A stretch of 64,000 bases of DNA from contig CAVZSQ010000013.1 in NCBI GenBank assembly GCA_963777955.1, forward strand, positions 1 to 64,000, given 5' to 3'. Source of the DNA: Calditrichia bacterium. Lineage in GTDB: Bacteria > Calditrichota > Calditrichia > JAJRVZ01. The position numbers and the translations under genes are program-made. The notes beneath the pieces were generated by a model. The model ran no database searches and was not told the origin of the DNA. It was given only the letters and a program-made list of their open reading frames with translations. Position 1 is the first letter of the stretch. The number at the start of each line of letters is the position of its first letter. Below, piece after piece: positions 24,361 through 35,385 of this stretch.

Positions 24361-24364
24361 GACT

Positions 24365-25309
24365 TTACAGGTTGATCTTATCCTGAACTATGTAGGCAGG
24401 ACGTTGTTTCACTTCTTCGCTGATCCGTCCGATATATTCGCCGATAATGCCCAGGGTGATCAATTGAATACCACCCAGAAAAAGCAAAGCGATCATCAAT
24501 GAAGTCCAGCCCGGAATAGTCTGCACGGTAAAGATCTTCAGGTAAATTGTGTACAAACCGGCTAAAAATGAAATTGCCGAAACAAGAAATCCGAAAAGAG
24601 AGGCCAGTTGCAAAGGAACCAGGGAAAAAGAGGTGAGTCCGGTGAGAGCGAAGCGAATCATTTTAAACAGCGGATATTTCGTTTCCCCGGATAATCTTTC
24701 CTCACGTACATATTGTACACTGGTCTGGCGTAATCCGATCCAGGAGACCATCCCGCGGATAAACCGGTTACGTTCCGGCATGGCCTTTAAATTATTAATC
24801 ACCTTGCGGTCGATTAATCTGAAATCTCCGGTGTCTAAGGGAATTTCTATATTGGCCAGTTTTTTTAGTAACCGGTAGAAAATCCTGGCAGTAAAAACTT
24901 TTAAAAAGTGTTCCCCTTTTCTTTTTATCCGCCGGGCATATACAACCTGGTATCCGGAATTCCATTTCACTATCAATTCCGTGATCAGTTCGGGCGGATC
25001 CTGCAGATCAGCATCAATTATCACTGCACAATCACCCTGACAATGATCCAGTCCGGCGGTGACTGCCAGTTGGTGACCGAAATTTCTTGACAAATCAATG
25101 ATTTTTATATGCGAATCCTGATCAGCATAGCTTTTCAACAACGCCAGTGATTGATCACGGCTGCCGTCGTTGACAAACAACAGTTCGTAATCCAGGGCCG
25201 GTATTTTAAGCACTGCTGACAGCCGTTCATATAATACCGGAAGATTTCCTTCCTCATTAAAAACTGGAATTACAATCGAAACCAATTTTTTAGCCATGAT
25301 TTCATTCAT
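24365..25309 (-). CDS. gtrB: GT2 polyprenyl-phosphate glycosyltransferase (GtrB/ArnC-like)
   Basis: IVIPVFNEE, VNDGSRD, LSRNFGHQ, DADLQDPPE, GDFRLIDR, C-terminal TM pair with GEYIGRI. Confidence 0.88.
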   Translation of the reverse strand: MNEIMAKKLVSIVIPVFNEEGNLPVLYERLSAVLKIPALDYELLFVNDGSRDQSLALLKSYADQDSHIKIIDLSRNFGHQLAVTAGLDHCQGDCAVIIDADLQDPPELITELIVKWNSGYQVVYARRIKRKGEHFLKVFTARIFYRLLKKLANIEIPLDTGDFRLIDRKVINNLKAMPERNRFIRGMVSWIGLRQTSVQYVREERLSGETKYPLFKMIRFALTGLTSFSLVPLQLASLFGFLVSAISFLAGLYTIYLKIFTVQTIPGWTSLMIALLFLGGIQLITLGIIGEYIGRISEEVKQRPAYIVQDKINL

Positions 25310-27035
25310 CCTTTAACTTATAGATAACAAAGGGTATGCCAAAAGGATAGCCCGCTGCATCAAATTTATTTATGATCCGCTGGGCAAATTCCGGAAAGCG
25401 GGTCAGATCATAACTGCTGACCACGTAGGCGATATTGTTCTTCCGGCCGTAGGCGTACAATTGTGCTTCTTTTTCCCGTAAAGGGTCCCTGATATTTTCC
25501 AAATCGTAAGTAGGTAATTTTGATTTTAAATAATCCGCATGTGCCTGCAGAAAATGATCTGTCAGAAATTTATTCTTCCAGCGGAAATACATGAAATATT
25601 CACCGAACTGCGCCTGTTTCTGCGGATTAGGATCAACCAGATGCGGTAAATTTACATAATAGCCATACAACAGGATTTTGCTGTTGAATGAAATGTTTTC
25701 TTCGATCCATTTTTTACCGGCCAGCGCTGTATGGCCGGAACGGTAATCCCCTGCCTTGTTTAGAGTCCAGGTTCTGCTCAACAGGGCTGTCAGCGGTTGC
25801 AATAAAATAAGTAACAACCCGGCCAGGATGATGATATGCTGCCGCCTGGACCCGGGTGCAGGCCTGAAAACATTTGTTGACATTTCAACCAGAAACTGAG
25901 CCATAAAGATCATTAATACCGGTATAACCGGTACATAGAAATATTCCCGCGCTGCTCCACGGGCAAAGGCCAACCAGAAAATAAGCGGATAACTCAACAA
26001 GGTTAATTGCAGATAATTTTTTTGCCTGATCGATTTATATAAATAATATAATATCACTATCACGGCCAGCAAGGTAAACACGTAACCCAGCAGAGTGAAG
26101 AATCTGCTGATATCCCAGCCGGCAATAAAATTACGCTCCCCCTCGGATTGAACCGCTCTGACCTGTTCCATTTTATATTCGTTAAAATTAATCAGCGAAT
26201 ATGGATTCGCCGCAAAACTGACAGCCAGGCCGCTTATCAGGAAAATATAAAATGACGGATTAATCAGGGCATTGATGAAATTATCCAGAGCCGATTTATT
26301 TTTAACCTTAACTGTTTTTTCTATACTTTTTCGTTTGCTCTTATTTTGCTGTTCAGAACCTGTGAGACGCGGCGCTGTGGCCAGCCAGTGCGCCAGGAAG
26401 GCTGTAGGTAATAACAGCAGCGCCGGCAGGGGTTTTGTGGCCAGACTCAGACCCCAGAAAACCGCGGCCAGCAGATAATTCTTAATTCCCTGTTCCTGCT
26501 GGACTTTAACCAGATAAAACAGAACTAATATAGTCCAGAGTGCCAGCAGGGTGTCTACGCGGACGGTATAATTCACCAGGATGTCTAAAAAGGGGAAAAT
26601 AGCCAGAGCCAGGGTCAGCAAAGCCACATGTTCGGTAAAGAATTTTTTAGTTAACCGGTAGGTATACAGGGCGATCAAAATATTGATCAGCGTATTAACC
26701 AGCCGGGCCGTATAATAGAAACGGGTCGGATTGAAGAATATATCTTCGACAAATTCCGCGAACGGTACAGCACTGAAAAGCGACTGCAGGGCATAAACCA
26801 ACGCCAGCAGGTATGCATAGAGGGGACCGTATTTATACCAGTGCGGATCCAGATCACCACCTAAAAAACCTGCGGCAAATTCAACTACATCATTCTCGTC
26901 GATTGAATAAACCGGTAAGAATTTCAGAATATCATAAAAACGCGGAACAATTGAAATTACAAACATAATGATGATGACAGACCAGTAGATTCTTTGCGGG
27001 AATGGAACCGGAGGTGTTTTCGTGATTTTATTCAT
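25302..27035 (-). CDS. GT-C fold membrane glycosyltransferase (ArnT/PMT-like)
   Basis: DE motif after the first TM (YSIDE), PHWYKYGPLY, ARL, GLSLATKP; many TM segments. Confidence 0.75.
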   Translation of the reverse strand: MNKITKTPPVPFPQRIYWSVIIIMFVISIVPRFYDILKFLPVYSIDENDVVEFAAGFLGGDLDPHWYKYGPLYAYLLALVYALQSLFSAVPFAEFVEDIFFNPTRFYYTARLVNTLINILIALYTYRLTKKFFTEHVALLTLALAIFPFLDILVNYTVRVDTLLALWTILVLFYLVKVQQEQGIKNYLLAAVFWGLSLATKPLPALLLLPTAFLAHWLATAPRLTGSEQQNKSKRKSIEKTVKVKNKSALDNFINALINPSFYIFLISGLAVSFAANPYSLINFNEYKMEQVRAVQSEGERNFIAGWDISRFFTLLGYVFTLLAVIVILYYLYKSIRQKNYLQLTLLSYPLIFWLAFARGAAREYFYVPVIPVLMIFMAQFLVEMSTNVFRPAPGSRRQHIIILAGLLLILLQPLTALLSRTWTLNKAGDYRSGHTALAGKKWIEENISFNSKILLYGYYVNLPHLVDPNPQKQAQFGEYFMYFRWKNKFLTDHFLQAHADYLKSKLPTYDLENIRDPLREKEAQLYAYGRKNNIAYVVSSYDLTRFPEFAQRIINKFDAAGYPFGIPFVIYKLKDE

Positions 27036-28078
27036 GTTTGATTTCCGATAAGTACTTTCCAAATCCTGTTGTTTGAAACTCTTTATATTTTCCATCCTGG
27101 AGCCGCACAATTAATAAAGCCTCTACTGCGGACATATTTTCTATCCAGGACAGTCCCTGCTCCGGCCCCATGGCCATTACCGCGGTAGCCAGGGCATCGG
27201 CCCTGGTGCAGTTAGCGGCGATGACAGTTACGCTGGCCAGTCCATGACGGACAGGATTACCCGTAAAGGGATCGATGGTATGCGAATATTTCCGGCCCTG
27301 GTATTCAAAATAACTGCGGTAATCCCCGGAGGTGGAAACTGCAACACTGCTTAAGGCCAGGATACCCAGCACCTGCTCGCCCGGCAGGGAGGAGAATTGC
27401 GGTTGTTCAACAGCAATTTTCCATAATTCACCTCTGGCATTCAATCCACGGGCCATAATTTCGCCCCCGATTTCCACCAGATAGTTTTTATATTTCAGCG
27501 AATCCAGCAGGCCGGCAACAATATCCACCCCGTAACCCTGGCCAATGGCACCCAAATCCAATTCGAGTCCGGGAACTGTTTTCCTTAAGTGTGTTTCGTC
27601 GGTGATCATCAGGTGACCTGAACCGACACGTTTAAGTACAGCGTTGACCTGCTGATCCGTGGGTGGTTCGCTGCGAGGGTCCTTTTTGCCGAAACCCCAT
27701 AGATCCACCAGCGGTGCAACCGTAATATCAAAATAACCCCGGGATTGTTTATGCACATCCAGGGCCACTTGCACTACATCATGCAGGGGAACGCGAGACT
27801 GTAAATGGCAATGTATCGTTAAAGGCATTAAATCTTGATATTTCACTCTGCGGATCAAAAGTGGACATTTGCCTGTTTACTTCAATCAGTACGGAATCTA
27901 CTTTATGCCGCAGAACCAATAAATCCCCGGCGGTCAGGAAATCCCGGGCAATTTTAACCTGATAGGTGGTGCCCATCGTCGTACCAGAGATTGTATTCTC
28001 CTGCAGGGGAGCAGACCTGTGACAGGCGCAAAAACAAAGGATCAGCAACAAGCCGTAGAACAATTCAAAGTGTCTCAT
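27028..28078 (-). CDS. apbE: FAD:protein FMN transferase (lipoprotein), frameshifted near 27790
   Basis: GTTMGTTY, MSTFDPQSEISRFN; FDITVAPLVDLWGFG, DLGAIGQGYGVD, EIGGE, STSGDYR, HTIDP, ADALATA. Confidence 0.9.
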
Positions 28079-28266
28079 GTAGACCATGCGATAATATCTG
28101 GACAATTTATCTGAATATCGGTATTATCCGTATTATACAGCATTTTAGTGAATGCTTCAAATATCAATTAGTATAGACTTTTTTTAAGATTATTTATAAC
28201 TTTACTTTTTACTTTGACTGTTTTAATTAATACCAAAAGTCTGATTAATACATGTTTTGAATAAAT

Positions 28267-28872
28267 ATGAAGTGGACACTTCCCAATCAACTTACGATTT
28301 TGCGCATTATTCTTACTCCCGTTTTTATTTACTTTATGAGCGGGGGTACGGCGCAGAGTACCCTGATTGGCACTATTATTTTCCTGGTGGCGGCGGCTAC
28401 GGATTGGTATGACGGATATATCGCCAGAAGGTTCAACTGGATCACCCGCTGGGGGCAATTCATGGATCCCCTGGCTGATAAAATCCTGATTGCCGCAGCG
28501 CTTTGCATTTTCGCCCATCTGCGGTACGTGTACTGGTGGATGATAGTCGTGATGATTGCCCGCGACTTTATCGTGACCTTCCTGAGAATCTTCGCTTTAC
28601 AACTTGGAAAATCCATCGTCACCAGCTTCCTGGCTAAGGTGAAGACCTTCATTGAAATGGCTGCCATTCTGATCCTGTTATGTTATCTGAATCTGCCGCC
28701 GGCCTATATCAACCCGCTTCAAGCTCACCCACCGGCATATACACACTGGATCTCCCTGCTCTTTCTGGCGGTGACCCTGTTGACCGTTTTTACCGGCATT
28801 CAGTATCTGATTGAAAATCGTTTCCATTTACAGGAATTATTTAACCGGACTTTACGCTTATTCGGCCGATAG
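28267..28872 (+). CDS. pgsA: CDP-diacylglycerol--glycerol-3-phosphate 3-phosphatidyltransferase
   Basis: LPNQLTILR, TDWYDGYIARR...GQFMDPLADK. Confidence 0.93.
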   Translation: MKWTLPNQLTILRIILTPVFIYFMSGGTAQSTLIGTIIFLVAAATDWYDGYIARRFNWITRWGQFMDPLADKILIAAALCIFAHLRYVYWWMIVVMIARDFIVTFLRIFALQLGKSIVTSFLAKVKTFIEMAAILILLCYLNLPPAYINPLQAHPPAYTHWISLLFLAVTLLTVFTGIQYLIENRFHLQELFNRTLRLFGR

Positions 28873-28891
28873 GATATTCGGATGACTTTTT

Positions 28892-29344
28892 ATGCTTAAG
28901 AAACTCGCATATATTCTTGGCACAGGATTAGGCAGCGGATATCTACCCTGGGCTCCGGGAACAGCCGGCAGTTTGAGTGCCTTGATAATTTTTTACCTGA
29001 TCCCTCTGGCCGACTCTTACTGGCTGATATTTACAGCAATTTTATTTGTCGCGGGCTTATGGAGTTCGACCCGGATCGAACGGGACCTGGGTGTACAGGA
29101 TCCTCCGCAGGTGGTGATCGATGAGTGGGTCGGCCAGTGGTTAGCCCTGTTATTTTTACCGCGCAGCGGTTTAATCCTGCTGCTGGGTTTTTTAATATTC
29201 AGAATTATGGATATCCTTAAGCCGTTCCCGGCCAGAAATTCACAGGCGCTTAAAGGGGGCTGGGGTATTATGATCGATGATGTTATCGCCGCCTTATATA
29301 CCAATATAACGATCAGGTTAATCATATTGATTAATTCCCGGTGA
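28892..29344 (+). CDS. pgpA: Phosphatidylglycerophosphatase A
   Basis: GSGYLPWAPGTAGS, DPPQVVIDEWVG, FRIMDILKPFP, GIMIDDVIA. Confidence 0.93.
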   Translation: MLKKLAYILGTGLGSGYLPWAPGTAGSLSALIIFYLIPLADSYWLIFTAILFVAGLWSSTRIERDLGVQDPPQVVIDEWVGQWLALLFLPRSGLILLLGFLIFRIMDILKPFPARNSQALKGGWGIMIDDVIAALYTNITIRLIILINSR

Positions 29345-29384
29345 TCATATTCGGACATGGATTCATTGGCAGGAATAATAGTTT

Positions 29385-30638
29385 ATGCAGACCCTGATTA
29401 AATCAGAACTCATCTCAATTGGCGACGAACTGCTCAGTGGAATTACAGTCAATACCAATGCTGCCTGGCTGGGCGAACAACTGGCCGGATTGGGACTGGA
29501 AGTAAATTGGGTTACCGTTATCCGCGATACTCCGGCCGAGATAGAAACTGCCTTGCAGAACGCTTCGAATCGGGCTGATCTGGTAATTATTACCGGCGGA
29601 TTGGGTCCGACTCCGGATGATTTGACCCGGCAGGCCGTCAGTCTTTTTTTTAAAACCGATCTGGTTCTCCATCAGGACACTATGGAAAAAATTAAAAAAA
29701 TATTTAGCGGGCGAAATCTGGTTATGCCGGAAGTAAACCGGAATCAGGCCATGATTCCGCAAACTGCTGCATTGATTGATAATCCTGCCGGTACGGCTCC
29801 GGGATTCGAAATGGAAAAACAGGGCAAAGTTTTTTACTTTTTACCGGGTGTACCGCTGGAAATGAAGATGATGACGGAGCGAACAGTCCTGAACAGGTTG
29901 AAAGACCGCTTTGCCGTGCAACCCATTCCGGAACATCTGTTCAGAACAACCGGCATACCAGAATCGAGAGTATATGAGAAAATAGCCAATATACTGGAGC
30001 GTTATCCTGAATTCCGGACTGCCTTCCTGCCCAAAACCAGCGGCATCGATATTCGGTTGAAAAACTATCTCTTCCAAGCGGAGGCAGAATTAAGATTCAC
30101 CAACTGTATAACAGAGATCAGATCCTGTCTGGAGAAATATATTTACAGCGAATCTGCAGAATCATTGCCCGAAGTCATCGGCAGAATATTAACCGGAAAA
30201 AAATTAAGCCTGGCCCTGGCCGAAAGTTTCAGCGGCGGCCTGGTTGCTGATTGGATCACCAATGTACCGGGCAGTTCCGCCTATTTTAAAGGTTCGGTTA
30301 TTACGTATTCTAATGAAAGTAAAATGGATTTGCTGAAAGTATCTGCCCAGACTTTAGAAAAATACGGCGCCGTAAGCAGCGAGGCTGCCCTGGAAATGGT
30401 GCATGGCGTACAACAATTATTTCAGGTCGACTGTGCCATAGCAACCACCGGAATAGCCGGACCCACTGGCGCCACAGAGACTAAACCGCTGGGATTATGT
30501 TTTCTGGCGGCCGTATCCGGCGATCAAGTCAGGGTACGGCAGTTTAATTTCGGCCGCGACCGCCGGGTCAACAAACAAAGGGGGGCTGCTGCTGCACTGG
30601 AATTACTGCGCAGGATGCTGTTGGGAATCTTTTACTAA
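29385..30638 (+). CDS. cinA: Competence/damage-inducible protein A (MocF + PncC NMN deamidase)
   Basis: IGDELLSG, TGGLGPTPDDLT, LPGVP, AESFSGG, GAVS, TGIAGP. Confidence 0.92.
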   Translation: MQTLIKSELISIGDELLSGITVNTNAAWLGEQLAGLGLEVNWVTVIRDTPAEIETALQNASNRADLVIITGGLGPTPDDLTRQAVSLFFKTDLVLHQDTMEKIKKIFSGRNLVMPEVNRNQAMIPQTAALIDNPAGTAPGFEMEKQGKVFYFLPGVPLEMKMMTERTVLNRLKDRFAVQPIPEHLFRTTGIPESRVYEKIANILERYPEFRTAFLPKTSGIDIRLKNYLFQAEAELRFTNCITEIRSCLEKYIYSESAESLPEVIGRILTGKKLSLALAESFSGGLVADWITNVPGSSAYFKGSVITYSNESKMDLLKVSAQTLEKYGAVSSEAALEMVHGVQQLFQVDCAIATTGIAGPTGATETKPLGLCFLAAVSGDQVRVRQFNFGRDRRVNKQRGAAAALELLRRMLLGIFY

Positions 30639-30711
30639 TCGTAGATCCCCACAAATTCAATTGCAGAATTTTTCGCTATTTCGTAAAATTGATTTTAAAG
30701 AATTTTTAAAT

Positions 30712-33700
30712 ATGAACCTCACTCCGGCCATATTAAAAGAATTGCGTTTCGACGATTTTGTAGTCCTGGATCTGGAAACAACCGGTTTGGATCCCACCAC
30801 GGACCGGATCATCGAGATTGGTGCTATCCGTTTTCAGAATGGCCGGGAAACCGAAGTATTCTCTTCGCTGATTAATCCCGGCGTGTCCATACCCGATTTT
30901 ATCACCAAGTTGACCGGCATCAGCGACAGCGACGTTCAGACGGCGCCCGATATCCAGGACAAACTTACACCATTGCTGGATTTTATCGGTGACTCCGTTT
31001 TGATCGGCCATCAGATTAATTTTGATGGTGCTTTTATTGAATATCTGCTGCGCCGGCAGCATAATGATTTTCATCTCTGGGAAGTGGAAACCCAACGGTT
31101 CAAATATTTCACCAACTCCCGTCTGGACACACTTTTTCTGGCCCGGATATTTCTGCCCTTCCTGCCCCGCTTTACTTTGAGCATGGTTGCGGCCTATTTT
31201 AAAATTGATCTGGAGAAAGCACACCGGGCTATCGAGGATGCCCGGGCCAGCGGCCACATTTTTCTGCAATTAATTGATCGAACCATAGCCTGTAATATAC
31301 AGACCCTGCGCCAGATCATTCGCCTGCTCTATCCTAACAGCGGCAGAGTTAAACATTTTTTTCAGCCTGTCCTGGAATATAAATTAAAAAACAATATCGA
31401 CACTACTGCGGCCGGTATAACCGAGGACATTACCTATGTACAAAACTATTTTAATGTCATAGGTGAAGCAGATTATCAGTTTAATCCTTCCGAATACGAA
31501 CTGAAAGCCCAGCCGGTCGACGAAGAATATATAGCTAAATATTTATCGCAGCAGGGCGCCTTAAGCCGTGCCCTGGATAGTTTTGAGGAACGCGAACAAC
31601 AAATCCAGATGGCCCGCGCCGTGGCCCAGACCTTCAATCAGCGCCAGTTTCTGATCGTGGAAGCCGGCACCGGTACCGGTAAATCAATGGCATATTTGCT
31701 GCCGGCAGTGGAATGGGCCGTCCAAAACCGCGACAGCGGGGAACGTATCCTGATCAGCACCAATACCAAGAATCTGCAGGAACAACTATTTTTCAAAGAC
31801 ATTCCGACTGTTCATTCAGTAACCGATCAAAAATTCAAAGCAGTGATATTAAAAGGTAAATCCAATTACCTGTGCCTGGATAAATGGAAAACCACCCTGA
31901 TCGATATGGATCAAAGGCTTTCGGCGCAGGAAAGAACACGCATTTTACCGCTGATGCTGTGGGCCGAGCAAACGCAATCCGGAGATATCGCCGAGAACGC
32001 CGGTTTTCAACTTAACCAGAACTGGGGATTGTGGGGAAAATTAATCGCCGAAAACAACTACTGTCCGGGCAAAGTATGCAAATTTTATGCAGACTGCTTT
32101 TTAATGAAAGCCCGTAACCATGCCCGTCATGCCGATCTGGTAGTGGTCAATCATTCCCTGTTGTTTTCCGACCTGATCACCGATAACACTATCCTGGGTG
32201 AATATCATAATCTCATTGTCGATGAAGCACATCATCTGGAGAAAACCGCCGGTGAATACCTGGGGGTACGCTTTAACTGGTGGACTTTCCGTAATATTTA
32301 TCACAAATTATATGAAGAGGAACCCCGTCAGGCCGGAACCCTGGTACAACTGGAATACCGCCTGAATCAGGCTAAATTGAACGGACCGGCCGATCGGCTA
32401 AACCGGCAAATCTCCCGGTTGAAGACATCTTGCAGCAGTATGAAAGCATCAACACAATTTTTTTTCTCGGAACTGCAGCAGAAACTGCGCGAGAAATTCA
32501 AAAAAGACCAGAATGGTTACGAGGAGAGCAAGATCCGTTATTATCATCAATTCCGGTACTTTAAAGAACTCTCAAGCCGTATCGATGATTTGAAATCAGA
32601 TTTAATCAATTGCCGCAAGGGTTTGCAGGAGCTGATCACTACCTTTACTGATCTAGCCCTGGACTCATTCCAGTTTCAGGATCAGATCCATCGTGAACTC
32701 GTTTCACTGGAAACCGACCTGGAAAACCTGATGACTTCATTTGATTTTGCCCTCGTTGCCGATCAGGAGAACTATGTTTACTGGTTTGAACTGCCGATTA
32801 ATAAAGAGAGCAACGATGTCAGTTTTAACGCTGTACCGTTGAACATAGCCGATCTGCTGAATAAAATATTATACGGCCGGTTACAGACAGCCGTTTTTAC
32901 TTCGGCAACCCTGGCCGTCAGCGAATCCTTTGAATACTATCAAAACAGGGTCGGATTGGATCTGGTCCGGGAGGCGCGCAAGGGAAGGCGCGCAGTGAGG
33001 CGCGGATTCAGACCCTGCTGCTCGGTTCTCCTTTCAATTATAAAGATCAACTATTACTGGGCATACCTGATTTTCTGGATGATCCGCGCCAGACTAATTT
33101 CACCGATCAACTGGCCGGTATTATCAAGGACATACATCAGCGCCATCCCACCGGTATGCTGGCCTTGTTTACGAATTATTCGATGCTAAATTATATCTAC
33201 AATCAGTTAAAAGTATATTTTGAAGGTGAAAATATTCTGTTGCTGGCCCAGGGTAAGAGCGGCAACCGCACCAGTATCATTAATCAATTCCGCGAATATA
33301 AAGATTCGGTGTTATTCGGCACTGATAGTTTCTGGGAAGGTATCGATGTTCCCGGGGAGGCTCTGGAAATTTTATTGATCACCAAACTTCCCTTCGATGT
33401 GCCCAGTGAACCACTGATCGCCGCAAAGATGGAGCAGATCAAGAAAAGGGGGGGTAATCCCTTCCTGGAATATGCGGTTCCGGAGGCGATCATTAAATTC
33501 CGGCAGGGATTCGGGCGATTGATCCGTCATAAGAATGATTTTGGTGCGGTGATCGTCTGCGATAACCGGTTGAACCGCATGAACTACGGAAAGGACTTTC
33601 TGAGTTCGCTGCCGGTTAATGCCGAAATATTTCGTGACAAGACTGAAATGTTCAGCAGTCTGAATGAATGGTTTAATCAAAAAAAGAATATTAAAGCAAG

Positions 33701-33716
33701 ATCACAAAATGAATAA
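30712..33716 (+). CDS. dinG: DnaQ-like exonuclease / DinG helicase fusion; frame broken by a 26-nt insert at 32971-32996
   Basis: LDLETTG, HRAIEDA, EAGTGTGKS, DEAH, TSAT; FWEGID, KLPF, QGFGRLIR in ORF 33156..33716. Confidence 0.9.
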
Positions 33717-35268
33717 AAAAAATCTGATCATCGGTTCCGGGCCATTAAACCTGGAGCAGATTGAGAATTTTCTGCTGCACACCCCGCCATTAACCTTAAA
33801 CGGACAGGCAAAACGGCGCATTAACGCTTCGTCGAAACTTGTACAGCAGCTGGCCCTGGGTTTAAAACCAGTGTACGGGATCAATACCGGTTTTGGTAAT
33901 TTCGCCGAAGTAAAAATTAAAGCAGAGACCGTCAATGAGTTGCAGCGCCGGTTGATCCTCAGCCATGCTGCCGGGATTGGTGAACCTGTTCCATGGCAGG
34001 TCGTAGGCCTGATGCTCTTGCTCAAAATACAGTCTCTGGCTCTGGGCTATTCCGGCTGCCGGTTGCAAGTCGTTCAACAACTGGTAGATCTGCTCAATAA
34101 TAGTATTCTGCCGGTGATTCCGCAGAAAGGCTCGGTGGGCGCCAGCGGGGATCTTGCTCCCCTGGCTCATCTGGCCATGGTAATGATGGGCGAAGGCGAA
34201 GCATTCGTCCGGAACAGGAAAGAGCATGGTCAGTGGTTGAGGGTTCCAGCCAGAAAGGCCCTGCAAAGTCATGACCTGCAACCCCTCAGCTTCGAAGCCA
34301 AAGAAGGACTGGCAATTTTAAATGGAACACAAGCAATGACTGCCTACGCCCTGCAGGCCCTGCTGCTGGTCACAAATCTGATCAAAGCAGCGGATATCAT
34401 CGGTGCCATGTCCCTGGAAGCATTGCTGGGCACCTTAACTCCCTTTGATGCCCGTATTCAGGATATTCGTAATCATCCCGGCCAGAAAGTGGTAGCTGCA
34501 AATTTCAGAAAAATTCTTAAGGATAGCCCGATAGTGGAATCCCACAAGTACAGCAGCCATAAGGTTCAGGATGCCTATAGTTTACGGTGTATACCTCAGG
34601 TGCATGGCGCGGTGCGGGATGCCCTGACCTTTATCGGCCAGGTAATACTGCGTGAAGTCAACGGTGTAAGCGATAATCCGGTGATTTTCGCCGGAACAGG
34701 CCAGATTTTATCCGGCGGTAATTTTCATGGTGCACCGGTAGCCTATGCTGCGGATTTTCTGTCGATTGTCTGTACGGATCTGGCTAGTATTTCCGAACGG
34801 CGAATCGAACATATGGTTGATCCTTCCGTCAGTCAGTTGCCCGCTTTTCTGGTAAAAGAAGGGGGCCTCAATTCCGGTTTCATGATGGCCCATGTCACGG
34901 CAGCGGCACTGGTAGCCGAATCCAAAATCCTGGCTCATCCTGCCAGCACTGATTCGATTCCCACTTCCGCCAACAAAGAAGACCACGTCAGCATGGGCCT
35001 GCATGCCGCCCGCAAAGCTTACGAGATTGTCCTTAACCTGGAAAATGTACTGGCGATTGAATTGCTCTGCGCCTGCCAGGCTCTGGAATTCAGAAAACCG
35101 CTAAAACCGGCGGCAGCATCCCGGCAGGTCCTGAAATATGTACGCAGGGTGATCCCCTGCTGGTCGGAAGACCGTTATATGCACCAGGATATCGTCCTCA
35201 GCCGCGAAATTATTCATTCCGGCAATCTGGTTAAGACCGTGGAAAAGATCAGCGGAACTTTACACTAA
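33709..35268 (+). CDS. hutH: Histidine ammonia-lyase
   Basis: YGINTGFG, SHAAG, MIO motif GASGDLAPL, KEGLA, QDAYSLRC, GGNFH, EDHVSMG. Confidence 0.93.
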   Translation: MNKKNLIIGSGPLNLEQIENFLLHTPPLTLNGQAKRRINASSKLVQQLALGLKPVYGINTGFGNFAEVKIKAETVNELQRRLILSHAAGIGEPVPWQVVGLMLLLKIQSLALGYSGCRLQVVQQLVDLLNNSILPVIPQKGSVGASGDLAPLAHLAMVMMGEGEAFVRNRKEHGQWLRVPARKALQSHDLQPLSFEAKEGLAILNGTQAMTAYALQALLLVTNLIKAADIIGAMSLEALLGTLTPFDARIQDIRNHPGQKVVAANFRKILKDSPIVESHKYSSHKVQDAYSLRCIPQVHGAVRDALTFIGQVILREVNGVSDNPVIFAGTGQILSGGNFHGAPVAYAADFLSIVCTDLASISERRIEHMVDPSVSQLPAFLVKEGGLNSGFMMAHVTAAALVAESKILAHPASTDSIPTSANKEDHVSMGLHAARKAYEIVLNLENVLAIELLCACQALEFRKPLKPAAASRQVLKYVRRVIPCWSEDRYMHQDIVLSREIIHSGNLVKTVEKISGTLH

Positions 35269-35385
35269 TAAATCCTGATAAAATAATTTATATACTTCAC
35301 ATAAATTTCTTATATTTATCCGAATAATAATCACTGCAATTAAACATTGCAGCAACTATTTTAACTTTATATGAAGCGAGAATAT

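Noticed and set aside
35269..35385. Purine riboswitch upstream of guaB
   Set aside because: Only an AT-rich gap with a short TGCAAT/ATTGCA hairpin; no recognisable aptamer core
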